The notes under the pieces: model-generated
What the model was told of the DNA's origin: nothing
What the model saw: the letters and a program-made list of their open reading frames with translations, nothing else
The model's database searches: none
NCBI RefSeq assembly: GCF_004010195.1
Contig: NC_057718.1
Span: 99,782,996-99,846,995 of the forward strand
Direction: 5' to 3'
Origin: Chiloscyllium plagiosum
Taxonomy: Eukaryota
Length of the DNA: 64,000 nt
Program-made: the position numbers and the translations under genes
In this document: one piece after another, positions 24,983-37,512 of the stretch
Layout: each line of letters opens with the position of its first letter
Position numbering within the stretch: the stretch's first letter is position 1

Positions 24983-26140
24983 ATGAACGGAGTGACCTAA
25001 AAATAAAGGTTGTATTATGTGATAAAATCGGTAGCCATTTTGTATACGGCAAGATCACACAGCCACCACTCAATGAATGTTCTTCATTACATCAGGTCTT
25101 TCCCAAACACATTGGAGTTAAGAAAATGCCTGTTCTGTGGTAGTGCCTCAGCGATTAGAATCCACTTGTCAACCAATCAGCCCCTTTATTCACGCAGTGT
25201 AAGTTGGTTCCCCTTTAGAATTTGCTATTCCTATATGTGTCCTGATGAGTGCAGCTTTGACAGCTTGCCTCTGTTCCTCACCAATACCTCGCCCTCATGG
25301 TTACTACTGGGAGACAGAACACGCCGTCAAACAACAAGGTGATAACGGTCAGATCAGCTGTTTGGGATGATGGTTGAGGGACAAATGTTGACTTTGAGTC
25401 TCTACTTAAATGGTGTCAGAGCCTCACTGATCTTAGGGGGGGTTACAGCAGTCCATGTCTTCCCTGCCAGGAAGGCAGTAGATGACACCCAGGGTCCACG
25501 TCACCGTTGCACCCAACTCTATGGTCTCTCAATCTCCAAGCATACTCCACGGAGACCTTTTCAAATCCAGGCAATCTAGTTGCTGACACACCCTTGGGAC
25601 AACAGCAGGCACCAGCTACAGAGTCGATTCATGTATTTTCACAGCAACTGGATGGGGAAAATGTGTAGGTGTCAGAGAATCATTGTTGTGACAGGCAGAA
25701 GGACATAAAACATGTCTATAGCATACGCTCAGGACCTTTTAAACTCCCTGCATTCTGCAATCGTGCCACTGGAAGATCTGTCCCATTATAAATTACGATT
25801 CACTGTCTGAGACAACTCCTTCGTGTAAGCCACAGGAAGCAATGAGCTTTTGATCAGACATCAAACGGTGCTTTCAGGTTATTTCTGGTAAAAAGCATCA
25901 TTACAAACCAGGGCAGCATCACTTCTCTATTCCCTGTCAACATTTCATGGAGACAATTCTTTACTTGTGTATAACAGAGGAATTTTCTGACTGTTGGTGC
26001 CAGTTTTAATCTTCTTTTCCAGTTTAATTTATCGCTGACATTAAAGTGTATTCCTTTACTAGGCATTTTTCAGGAGGTGGAGCTGTCCTTTATAATTTCT
26101 GTCATTAACGTGGGCACCATCATATGGCAACTTATGAAAC

Positions 26141-26176
26141 CCTGATCTCCAGCATCTGCAGTCCTCGCTTTCACCT
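26141..26176 (+). mobile_element. 36-bp PLE family A terminal fragment with 12-bp TSD
   Basis: aacttatgaaac (26129-26140) and aacttataaaac (26177-26188) flank ctgatctccagcatctgcagtcctcgctttcacc. Confidence 0.75.
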
Positions 26177-26299
26177 AACTTATAAAACTGCTGACTGTAT
26201 TATTTTTGGTGAAATAAACGTGACAATAAATTGCTATCCTATTCTATTCTGCCAATATTCATTCTGGAAATGCCCTACTCGGTTCCTTAGATGAGCCTT

Positions 26300-27023
26300 A
26301 GATACTGGAGTGCAGGTTCATAGCTCCTTGAAAGTGAAGTCGCAGGTAGATAGGATAGTGAAGAAGGCGTTTAGTATGCTTTCCTTTATTGGTTAGAGTA
26401 TTGAGTACAGGAGTTGGTAGATCATGTTGCGGCTGTACAGGACATTGGTTAGGCCACTGTTGGAATATTGTGTGCAATTCTGGTCTCCTTCCTATCGGAA
26501 AGATGTTGTGAAACCTGAAAGGGTTCAGAAAAGATTTACAAGGATGTTGCCAGGAGGATGTTGGAGGATTTGAGCTACAGGGAGAGGCTGAACAGGCTGG
26601 GGCTGCTTTCCCTGGAGCGTTGGAGGCTGAGGGGTGACCTTACAGAGGTTTATAAAATCATAAAGGTCATGGGTAGGGTAAATAGACAAAGTCTTTTCCC
26701 TGGTGTGGGGGAATCCAGAACAAGAGGACATAGGTTTATGGTGAGAGAGGAAAGATATAAAAGGGACCCAAGGGGCAACGTTTTCACAGAGAGGGTGGTA
26801 CGTGTATGGAATGAGCTGCCAGAGGAGGTGGTGGAGGCTGGTACAATTGCAACATTTAAAAGGCATCTGGATGGGTATATGAATAGGAAAGGTTTGGAGG
26901 GATATGGGCCAGATGCTGGCAAATGGGACTAGATTAGGTTGAGATATTTGGTCGGCATGGACGAGTTGGACCGAAGGGTCTGTTTCTGTGCTGTACATCT
27001 CTACCACTCGATGACTCTATATG
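26300..27023 (+). mobile_element. HER1/CR1 3' fragment, young
   Basis: ORF 26558-26932 LEDLSYRERLNRLGLLSLER.RLRGDLTEVYK...WNELPEEVVEAG, with tail. Confidence 0.92.
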
Positions 27024-28089
27024 ACGGCTAGGGAATGTTGGTGCCCCCTTTTGAGGGCAGTGATCTGGAACTCCTGTTGGATGAGGGGATAATCTCTCCC
27101 CCCTCCCCAGGACCAGCAGTGGAGGCCATGATACCAGACCCACACCTAGCCTGCTCCCCGGTCAGTGTAATCTCTGCCATCTGGACGAACCCCCTGCACT
27201 GAGGGTTAATGACATCCTTCACTCTGCCAGCATCCTTACTCCGGTCCCTCACCCTCACTCTGTCTCTACTACTGCCCCCACCTCCCACCAAAAGGTTCGT
27301 GTCTACCACTCTCACTAATGTCTGCAACACCTTCCCGCCCTCACTCACCCTCAGCCACACTAACCCAGGACACCATGAACCCCGTATGCCCTCTAACTGC
27401 CTACTGACTCACTTGGCACAGCTCGCCAACTACACCAATGGGTCTGCCACCAACTTTCATCTCCCTTAACATCTCCCCCTCCCTCTCTTTCGTTCCAGAA
27501 GGAAATCTGCTCCCCTCCCCCCAGCCCCCATGGTGTAGAAAGACTCCTTGTGGGTGGTGGGCTGATGGATATTCTGCTCCTCATCCCCTTGTGAGGATTG
27601 ATTCTGACTCTGACCATCCCATGGAGATGACTGACTGTGTCTAAGCCCCTAGACTAGTGTCGGAGGCGAGCCCTGATTTACCGTGCCAGGAGTCCCTGAC
27701 CGAAAGTTATCCCTCTTGACATGACTGAGTGACAAAGCACGACAAACTCCTTGGCTTTGTAGCTGCACTGAACAGCACAGCAAGGCATCAATGATGTCAG
27801 CCTAGTATCTCTGACGCTATTGGTGGACCTTCTCGACTGATTTAAACACAAATCTTGCTATAGCAGAGCAGACTTGGTGGGCCAAATGACCTAATTCTGC
27901 TCCTATATCTTATGAACTTATGAAATGGTCGCCCATGTTGCTCAGACACATGTAAGATTCAGTCTCCGCCCTCTCGACAAACCCTAATTTTAATCACTCC
28001 ACCACTGCCTTCAACCACCTGAACCCCACGCTCCGGAATTCTCTCCCTCAAACTTACTGCCTCACTTGCCCTTTCCCCTTATTTAGGGC

Positions 28090-28343
28090 TGTAATAGTGC
28101 CTACAAGGCCCACAGGGAATCATGAATTAATCTCCCCATGGAGCTGGTTGAGTATGAGTTCCCTTGCTAATAGACAATGGTCTGTCGAACTGGAACTTGT
28201 CACCTGAGCCCTTTATAAAGCAGACTGAGGGAGGAGTCTACAGTGTTGTTCATTTCTGGCTGGGACTACACGAGTAATGGCTCTATACTGGTGTTCAACA
28301 ATAAAGAATGTTCCCTCCCAGTCTGGCTTTCTGAGTAATTGCA
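28090..28343 (+). mobile_element. Probable solo LTR (254 bp)
   Basis: TGTAAT...ATTGCA termini, TATAAA at 28214-28219 and AATAAA at 28300-28305. No clear TSD. Confidence 0.5.
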
Positions 28344-29299
28344 AATAATTCCTTAAAATCTACCCCTTTGACCAAGATTTTGGTCACTTCCACTAAGACC
28401 TGATTACGTAGCTTAGTGTGTGATTTGCTTTTATAACACTCCTGTCAAACTCTCCATGACATTTCATTGTGTGAGAGATGTTACATGTATCTATACCAAT
28501 TATTGTTGACAATACAAGAGTGAAGTCAATTGCAATTACTACTTTATTTTAATATTTCACTCGTGCACAACTTTTCTGAGGTGAACTACTTTCGATTCTA
28601 GTGAGAGAGAAAGAGAGAGAGAGACGGAGAGTCATGCTGTAAAATTGAGGTCATGTTCATTATTATCCCAGAGCTGATGAGCTAACCCAGTGGGACTGGG
28701 AAGAAAGCCTTGGGCCACGGTTGTATGCTTGTCTTTACAAATTTACTCCAACAGAAATCTCTCTGATTGCAATTAAGCCGAGAGATTATGGCTGGTGTAT
28801 TTTTGTATGTGAATTGCCTGCGATTCACTCTGTTAATGACAGGTTCCTATAAGCAGTGCTAATTTCTCAATATGATGCTGTTTTAATCACACACTTCTGT
28901 TCATTTACAAAAGCTTTGAGACAGGGAGCACTTGCTTCACATTTAAGTTCCTGAGCAAGGTGTGATTGCAATTCCTTAATCCCATAAACTTCTCTGCTGA
29001 ATCCAAATTTGATCAGAAAAGACAGAGTCATTTCTCAGATCAGCCACACCTTTTCCCTCTCTTCCTTTCTTTATATAAAAGAAGGATGATTTTTAGTGTA
29101 GTCATAATGACTCTGAAATACACATTCCATTCCAATATCGCGTGTATGTGAGCATATGCAAAAAAACTAGGGTAATAATAGTGAGATGGAGAGAACCAAA
29201 GCTGAATTTTGTCTCAATTATTTTTGTTTATAAGTTCTGTAATTAAAATCGCACCAAATTCTGGCAACGTATACACATCTCACTGTCTTTTCATAAATA

Positions 29300-29556
29300 C
29301 GTTCGATTCCAGCCTCGGGCGGCTGTCTGTGTGGAGTTTGCACATTCTCCCTGTGTCAGTGCGGGTTTCCTCCGGGTGCTCCAGTTTCCTCCCACAGTCC
29401 AAAGATGTGCAGGTCAGGTGAATTGGCCATGCTAAACTGCCCATAGTGTTTGGTGCATTAGTCAGAGGGAAATGGGTCTGGGTGGGTTACTGTTCGGAGG
29501 GTCGCTGTGGACTTGTTGGGCCGAAGGGAATCCACACGATCGGGAATCTAATCGAA
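29300..29556 (+). mobile_element. HE1-type V-SINE, 5'-truncated
   Basis: Starts at B-box gttcgattcc, then V-domain and aatctaatc tail. Confidence 0.88.
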
Positions 29557-30205
29557 TCAAAAATACAATTGACAACAAATTACTATTCTGTTTGAGTAAT
29601 CCAGAGGTCCAGCCCAATGCTTTGAGGTCCTGGGTTTGAATCTAGGCAGATGGTGAAATTAAAATCCAATGGAAACTACAGCAAAAGTTTACTTAACAGT
29701 GACCATTGCAACCACTATCAATTGTTGTTAGAACCCATCTCGTTCAATAATGGCCTTTAAGGAAAGAAATCTGGCACCCTACCTGAACTACACATGGCTC
29801 AGTCCCACACCCATGTGGTTAACTCTTAACTTTTCTCCAGACAATAGATGCTGGCTGATGAGCAAATAAAAATAAACACACAAGGAGCAGGAGGAGACCA
29901 TTCAGCCCCTTGAGCCTGCTAGCCGTGTAACAAGATCATGACTGATCTGATGGTACCTCGAATCCACCCCCCTGATAATTGTCCATTCTCTTGCTTCATA
30001 AGAACATACTCCTCTCCGCTTTGAAAATATCCAAGGATTCTGCATTTTCAGAAAGAGTTCCAAAGACCCATGATTTTCTGAGAAAGAATTTTGTCTGATC
30101 TCTGTTTCAAATGATTTGTAAATAGTTCCCCTATCTCTGGAATTTGCTGTAAGAGGAACCATCCCCTCCACATTCTTATCAAAATCTCTCAGGATCTTAT
30201 ACATT

Positions 30206-31187
30206 CAAGGTTTGTGTTTGTAGCTTGGGTGCTGGTTGCCGTGGTAGTGGGTATGGTTGCCGAGCTGGAAACTGCTTTGCAGACATGTTGTCCCCCTGTC
30301 TGGGTGACATCTTCAGGGCTTTGGAGCCTCCTGTGATGCACTGCTGTACAGTGTCTTCTGGGATTTATTTAGTTCCGTTCCTGCTGCTTCCAGCTCCAGC
30401 TGTTTGTTGCGGTGGCTGGTAGATTGGGTTCGAAAGGTGTGGTGCTGGAAAAGCACAGCTGGTCAGGCAACATCCGAGCTGCAGGAGAGACGGCGTTTCA
30501 AGCATAAGCTCTTCCTGATGCCTGAAACGTCGATTCTCCTGCTCCTCGGATGCTGCCTGACCTGCTGTGCTTTTCCAGCACCACACTCTCGACTCTGATC
30601 TCCAGCATCTGCAGTCCTCACTTTCTCCCGGTATATTGGGTCTGGGTCTATGTGTTTGTTGATGGAATCCGTGCAAGAGTGCCATGCTTCTAGAAATTCT
30701 CTGGCTGTCCTCTGTTTCCTATAATCAAGGTGTTGTCCCAGTCAAATATGTGGTTGTTGCCATCCGTGTGTATGGCCTGGGAATTTGTGGAAGCTTGGCT
30801 CTCATCCACAGACTCCATCAACAGATACATAGACCAGGAGTCAAGATTAGAGTGGTGCTGGAAAAGCACAGCAGGTCGGGCAGCATCCGAGGAGCAGGAG
30901 AGTCGATGTTTTGGGCAAAAGCCCTTCATCAGGAATCGTGACTCTGATCTCCAGCATCCGCAGTCCTCATTTCGCCACATAGACCTGGACCCAATCTATC
31001 GGCCACTACAATGAACAATGAGAACCAGCAACTGGAAGCAGCAGAAACTGAACCAAATAAATCCCAGAAGAGACAGTACAGCAGCGTGTCCCAGGAGGCT
31101 CCAAAGCACTGAAGATGTCACCCAGACAGGGGGACGAAACGTCTGCAAAGCAATTCCCAGCTCGGTGAACATACCCACAACCACCAC
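30206..31187. mobile_element. Poseidon-type PLE inverted repeat with 12-bp TSD, inserted in an old CR1 fragment and carrying two nested family A inserts (30430-30628, 30840-30976)
   Basis: TSD atcttatacatt at 30194-30205 and 31188-31199. EFVEAWLSSTDSINRYID|LDPIYRPLQ is split by the second insert. Arms are homologous to 13977-14607. Confidence 0.88.
31106..31146 (+). ncRNA. Minimal type I hammerhead-ribozyme motif, core intact (Poseidon-type PLE)
   Basis: GCA-CUGAAGA-U-GUCACCC-AGACA-GGGGGAC-GAAA-CG-UC-UGC: 3-bp stem I, 7-bp stem II with one mismatch, ACGU palindromic helix III and a GUC cleavage triplet. Confidence 0.7.
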
Positions 31188-31871
31188 ATCTTATACATTT
31201 CAAACAAGTTGCCTCCTACCCTTGGAGACTCCAGCAGATCCAGGTCTAACCTCCACAACCTCTCCTTACTTTGACAACCAGTCCGTTGCTGGCACTAGTC
31301 GGGTAAGCCTCCTCTTCTCTAACTCCAACACATTTATGTGCTTTTCTGAACAAGGTGAGCAATACTGCACACAATATTTCAGAGACAGTCTCATTGTCCC
31401 CTTTGGAATTGACACAAAACCTCCCTATGTTTGTATTCACTTCCTGAGTGAGAAACAGTAATATTCTATTAGCCTGCCAAACTACCTACTGTACCTGCAT
31501 ACTAACCTTTTGTGATTTTATGTGGGGAGGGTTGAGTTAAAGCAGGTATTTACCAGCAAAACCAGGACAGAAATTCACATCTTTTTCTGCTATTACAACA
31601 ACTACTTGCATTTATATTGCAATAACAAGTTCCAAAAAGCTTTGCAGGACAAAAACTCATTTGGGACTAAGGCACTGAGGGAGATATTGATTTTGACGGG
31701 AGGGAATGATTTAACTGAGGAGAGAGATGAGTAGAGAGTCAGAGAGAGGTGTAGGGTAAGAGCTCTTGGACTTAGGGGCTAGGCAACTGAAGGTGCAGCC
31801 ACCAGTCAGACACTAATCTGGGGAGCCTCAAGAGGCAAGCATTGGAGGGACAGAGAGATCTCAGAGAATTC

Positions 31872-32548
31872 CCTGCAAGTGGAGTCACAGGTACATAGGA
31901 TAGTGAAGAAGGCATTTAGTATGCTTTCCTTTATTAGTCAGTGCATTGAGTTTAGGAATTGGGAGGTCATGTTGAGGCTGTACAGTGGTTCAGCCACTTT
32001 TGGAATACTGCATGCAACTCTAATCTCCCTGCTGTAGGAAGGATGTTGTGAAACTTGAAAGGGTTCAGGAAGGATTTACAAGGATGTTGCCAGGATTGGA
32101 GGATTTGAGCTACAGGGAGAGGCTGAACAGGCTGGGGCTGTTTTCCCTGGAGCGTCGGAGAGTGGGGGTGACCTTACAGAGGTTTATAAAATTATGAGGG
32201 GCATGGATAGGATAAATAGACAAAGTCTCTTCCCTGGGGTGGGGGAGTCCAGAACTAGAGCGCAAAGGTTAAGGGTGAGAGGGGAAAGATATAAAAAGGA
32301 TCTAAGAGACAACATTTTCACGCAGAGGGTGGTGCGTGTATGAAATAAGCTGCCAGAGGAAGTGGTGGAGGCTGATACAATTGCAACATTTAATAGGCAT
32401 ATGGATAGGTACATGAATAGGAAGGGTTTAGAGGAATATGGGCCAAGTGCTGGCAAATGGGACGAGATTAATTTAGGATATCTGGTAGGCATGGATTAGT
32501 TGGACTGAAGGGACTGTTTCTGTGCTGTACATCTCTGTGACGCTACGA
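31872..32548 (+). mobile_element. HER1/CR1 3' fragment
   Basis: Highly similar to 26300-27023 and 56680-57360. Confidence 0.9.
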
Positions 32549-33154
32549 CTCCAAGTTTAGGAGACTGGATTTTATGTTTCAGAGAGAAAGAGAGAGATTG
32601 TGGTATCTTGAGCTGTTTCCTGAGAGCAGGAAGCAAAACAGGTGGGGGGAGCTTAATTGGGCGAGAGGCAAATAATTTCTTTAAATTGGGGTTGGGATCT
32701 CTGACAATGCACGTCAGGAACCTTTTTTGCGTACGTTTGCTTGTCACGCATGTTCATTGTAAGTCCGCCAACCCAGAATTGAGACCTCCCCCTCTTCCCA
32801 TGAGTGGGAAATACATGCCTTTGGAATCGCAACTGCAGAGAAGTGCCATGCAAGAGGCAAGATAGTTAGTTTCCTGCAGTCTGAGGTGAGTAGCTGGTGC
32901 TTTGACCTCTTTGGAAGTGTTGGTCCATTCCATATCATGATTGGGTTCAGGCACCTCTGGGCTAGGTTGAATGGGGACCACAGAGGTTACAGAGCATTTG
33001 GGCATGGATCATGGCGGTTGACTGAGGGTGGAGGGACATCAGGGGATAGGCTGACCGGGAAGGGCCCGGAATGTTTAGCTGCTGGCTTCCATCCCCAGAG
33101 CTCGAGTGATGCTCCTAGTTTAAAGGAATTGAATGCTTGCCCGGACGCTCTTTA

Positions 33155-33470
33155 AGAACATAAGAACTAGGAGCAGGAGTGGGCCGTCTGGCCCTTTGAG
33201 CCTGCTGCGCCATTCAATAAGATCATGGCTGATCTTTCTGTGGACTCAGCTCCACCTACCCACCCTCTCATCGTATGCCTTAATTCCTTCACTGTTCAAA
33301 GAAAAATCTATCTTAGCTTTAAAAATGTTTACTGAAGTAGCATCAATTACTTCACTGGGCAAGGAATTCCATAGATTTACAACTCTCTGGGTGAAGAAGT
33401 TCCTTCTCAATTAAGTCCTCAATCTCCTCCGTCGAATCTTGAGGCTCTGCCCTGTTGGCCTGGTTTCACC
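33155..33470 (-). mobile_element. CR1 3' fragment (aagaacataagaa-tailed subfamily)
   Basis: Minus strand NFFTQRVVNLWNSLP-type region plus tail. Confidence 0.8.
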
Positions 33471-34269
33471 TACCTACTCCTGTTCCAAGTTCTACCAATC
33501 TACTTGGTAGAATTATGGTGATATCAACCCAATGTGGTGATAGCAACTTCTGCCCCTGGAAGGAGCATTGACTTCCTGCCTGAAACCTGCATGAGATGCA
33601 GCACACTCCTCGTGCACGGATGTGTGTGAGAAAATCTGACCCGTCTCCAAACAAGAGGTGACACTCTCTTCTGGCGTTGTACTCCAGAGCGGTGGATTGC
33701 ACCCATGGAGGGCCAAAGCCGTAGAGGAGGGATTTGAAGGCAAGTTTGAGGATGGACAGGCAGAGCATTCAGGTCTGTGACAGGCTCCCTCACCTCGCTG
33801 CTCAAAGCCACCCTCACAGTGAGGGTGTTGTACAAAGAGCCATCTACAAACAGCCTGCAATTTCCCCTCCATTGAAACTGATGGAAGAGCAGTCACAAGC
33901 TCAGACTCTCCCACCAGCATCACACCTTCCTAAAAAAAAACAACTCGCCATCACTGAGAGAAGGGAACGAGATGCATATTTTGAACCAAATTGACAGAGC
34001 AGTCTTTATTAACTTGCATGACCCTTCAATAATTCTATAATTTGAAGAACACTTCTGATGGTATTGACAATCAAACAAAAGCAATTAAAGACAAATTGCT
34101 GACTTCCATCTTTGCAACGGCTTAATTCCTGCATGCTGTTAATTCTATTTTATTGTTGCTGCTTGGTGACAATATTGGTATCTAGATCTGCTTTAAGACT
34201 TGGAACCAGTCAGCTGCCTCAGGCCTTACCAGTGAATAAGCACATCCACTACACGATTACTGTTGGAGT

Positions 34270-35115
34270 TTGAGTTATTGATGTCACATGTTCCCAGATA
34301 CAGTGAAAAGTGTTGTTTTGCGTGTTGCAAGGCAGATGATATCATACAAAGTGCATCAGGGTAGCAGAACAAGTGCAGAACACAGTGTTAGAGCCACAGA
34401 GAAGGTGCAGGGAGAGAGAGATCAGAATTAACATTAAAGAGGTCCATTCAAAGCTCTGATAACAGTGAGGAAGATGCTGTTTAAGAATCTGTTTGTACGT
34501 GTATTCAAACTTTTATATCTTCTGCCCGACAGAAGAGGGTGGAAGAGAGTATGTCCAGGGTGGAAGGAATCTGTGATGATGTTGGCTGCGTCAGTGTAGA
34601 CGGCGTCAGTGGATGGGAGGATAGTTTGCGTGGTGGATTGGGCTGTGTTCACAACTCTGTGTCAACCACGAATTCTATCAAAAATGCTATTGATTTATTC
34701 AAAGAGAGAGCGCAATTATTTTGAGTGTTGTTGCAGGGTCAATCCTACAACAACTGTTGTGGTCTTGGGAAGGACAGTTCCCATTCCAAGCTGTGATGCA
34801 TCCAGATAGGATGCTTTCTGTGATGCATCTATAAAAATTGATAAGAATCCTTGTGGACTTGCTGCATTTCCTTAGCTTCCTGGGGAAGTAGAGGTGTTGT
34901 TGTGCTTTTTTGACCTTCACATCGACATGGGTGAACCAGGACAGATTGTTGGTGATCGTCACTCCTGGGAACTTGATGCTCTTGACCATCTCCACCTCAG
35001 TCCCATTGATACAGACGGGTGTGTCCTCCACTCCCCTTCCTGAAGTCAATAACCAGCTCCTTTGCTGATGTTGATGGAGAGATGGTTGTCTTTACACCAT
35101 GCTGATAAACATTTA
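34270..35115 (-). mobile_element. Rex1/Babar-type LINE 3' fragment
   Basis: ORF 34699-35049(-): GVTITNNLSW..KKAQQHLYF..KLRK..NFYRCITESILSGCITAW. ORF 34434-34652(-): HPGHTLFHPLLSGRRYKSL. Confidence 0.8.
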
Positions 35116-35321
35116 ATCTCTTTCCTGTATTCTGTCTCAGGTTGGCAAAATGGATGTACTTCCTTGTCACATTTACCATCCTGTTTTGTGGAATGACATC
35201 AAATATACAAACCAGGAACAGAAGTAGGCCATTCAGCCCTCAAGCCCTGCTCCCTCATTCAGTTCAATCCTGGACAATCTGGTTACTGCATAATCCCCTA
35301 ACAATCTTTCACCTCTGCTTA

Positions 35322-35880
35322 GAGTCATAGAGCTGTAGTGCACAGAAACAGAGCCGTCGACCCAACTCGCCCACGCCCAGCTGGATATTCTAAATTAATC
35401 TAGTCCCATTTACCAGCCCTTGGCCCATATCCCTCTTAACCCTTCTTATTCATATACCCATCCAGATGCCTTTTAAATGTTGTAATTGTACCAGTCTCAC
35501 CACTTCCTCTGGCAGGTCATTCCATACATGCACCACCCTCTGCGTGAAAAAGTTGCCCCTTAGGTCCCTTTTAAATCTTTCCCCTCTCACTTTAAACCTA
35601 TGCCCTCTAGTTCTGGACTTCCCCACCCAAGGCGAAAAGACCTTGTCTATTTACGCTATCGATGCTCCTCATGATTTTATAAACCTCCGTAAGGTCACCC
35701 CTCAGCCTCCGACACTCCAGGGAAAACAGCCCCAGCCTATTTAGCCTCTTCCTATAGCTCAAATCCTCCAACCCTGGCAACATTCTTGTAAATCTTTTCT
35801 GAACCCTTTCAAATTTCACAACATCCTTCCTATCGCGGGGAGACTAGAGTTGAATGCAGTATTCCAAAAGTGGCCTAACC
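35322..35880 (-). mobile_element. HER1/CR1 3' fragment
   Basis: ORF 35607-35819(-): ERVQKRFTRMLPGLEDLSYR..LNRLGLFSLE.RRLRGDL. Confidence 0.9.
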
Positions 35881-36168
35881 TGCTTATCAGATTTTTTTTT
35901 CTTTATTTTAGAATGGATATGTTTGTAAAGTAAGCTGCGCTGTAAAGGATCACTGGATTGGTCAGCAGGACGAGGGGGCTGAGTAATTTGGCCCGATACT
36001 GTCTGGTGTTTGGAAGACTGAATGGAAATCCCATTGAAATGTACAACACTGTGAAGGGGCTTGACAGGGTGGATGCTGTGTTTTCTCTCCTGGTTTGAGA
36101 ATTTAGAACATGGGGTGTGCACTCTCAGGATAAGGGGGTGATCACTTAGGACCAAGCTAGGGAGCCAT

Positions 36169-36510
36169 GGGCTGGCACGGTGGCTCGGTGGTTAGCACTG
36201 CTGCTTCACAGCGCCAGGGAACTGGGTTTGATTCCATCCTGGGGTGACTGTCTGTCTCCCTTTGTCTAAGTGAGTTTCCTCCAGGTGATCCAGTTGCCTC
36301 CCACAGTCCAAAGGTTTGCAGGTTAGGGGTGGTTGGCCATGCTAAATTACCCAGTAATGTCCAGGGATGTGCAGGCTAGGTGGGTTAATCATGGGAAATG
36401 CAGGGTCACAGGGATAAGGTAGGGAGTGGATATGAGTGGGATGCTCTTTGGAGGATCAGTGTGGACTCATTGGGCCAAATTACTGCTTCAACACCGTAGG
36501 GAGTCTATGG
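36169..36510 (+). mobile_element. HE1-type V-SINE (long-tail subfamily) inserted in an old CR1 fragment
   Basis: tRNA-like head with A and B boxes; CR1 3' sequence lies on both sides (about 36000-36168 and 36511-36700). Confidence 0.85.
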
Positions 36511-37407
36511 AATTTCTTCCCTCATAGGATTTTGAATCTTCAGATTTCTCTGACCCGAGCGTTGGGGATGTACCAAGGCAGGTTTTTGGTCTCTCAGGAG
36601 GGCAGGCAGGAAAGTGGGGTTGGTGTAGAGGATCAGCCATGATTGTATTGAATGGAGGACCACGCTTGAGGGGCTGAATGGTCTACGTCTGCTCCAGCGC
36701 CCTTATGGGAATAGGTGTGTGGGTTTGGAAATAGCCAATTGTGTCCCTGGTAGGAACTTCCATTTTCTCCCAGCAGACATCTCAGCAGGAAAAAGGGAGA
36801 ACTGTATTTAAGTTTGAGGTCAGGAAGTCAAAAGGGACACATAGCCTTTCTGGGTGGCTTTCCTTATGAGCGAGAGAGAAGACAATTGCCTTTTGTTTAA
36901 AGAAATATCGAATACACTCTCCCTTCTCCACTGAGCCAGAACTAAGCCCTGTTTTATTTCAGTGAATAATCTCTAACTCTATATCCTTTGGACTTCAATG
37001 GTGACAATCCTGGATAGTTTAGCACAGTTGAATAAACAAATAGGTCAGAAGATATTCTTCTCTATGTGTGCTATCTCTCTGGCCTTCTGCTACATGGGTA
37101 GTCAAAGTCCCTTGAGATCCTTTGACCAGCCAAGCAGTTGGTGCCCAGGCAGGATACATGCTCTTGATATGTGCCACTCTATAAGAAAGTGATGACACAT
37201 GAGCCCATCATAGAGAGTTAACGGGGCCTTGCCCCTGTTCCTTACCTTCAGTCAGTTAGCTACTGTCTGTTGCTATCACTTGCTGACAAGCCAGTTGTGA
37301 TTCATATGCATTGACCTTGCTATCATCCTGTGCTGAATGCAGATGACAAACCTTCCTGGGGCTGTTCCAGGATTGATTTCCAATTCAAAATAGGTTCACA
37401 AAATAAC

Positions 37408-37440
<33 letters not shown>

Positions 37441-37512
37441 TCTGTCTTTCTGTCTCTCTCTGTGTGTCTATCTGTCTCTCTCTCTCTCTGTCTCTCTCTC
37501 TCTCTCTCTCGC
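37408..37512. repeat. (CT)n / (CTGT)n microsatellite
   Basis: Directly visible. Confidence 0.95.
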
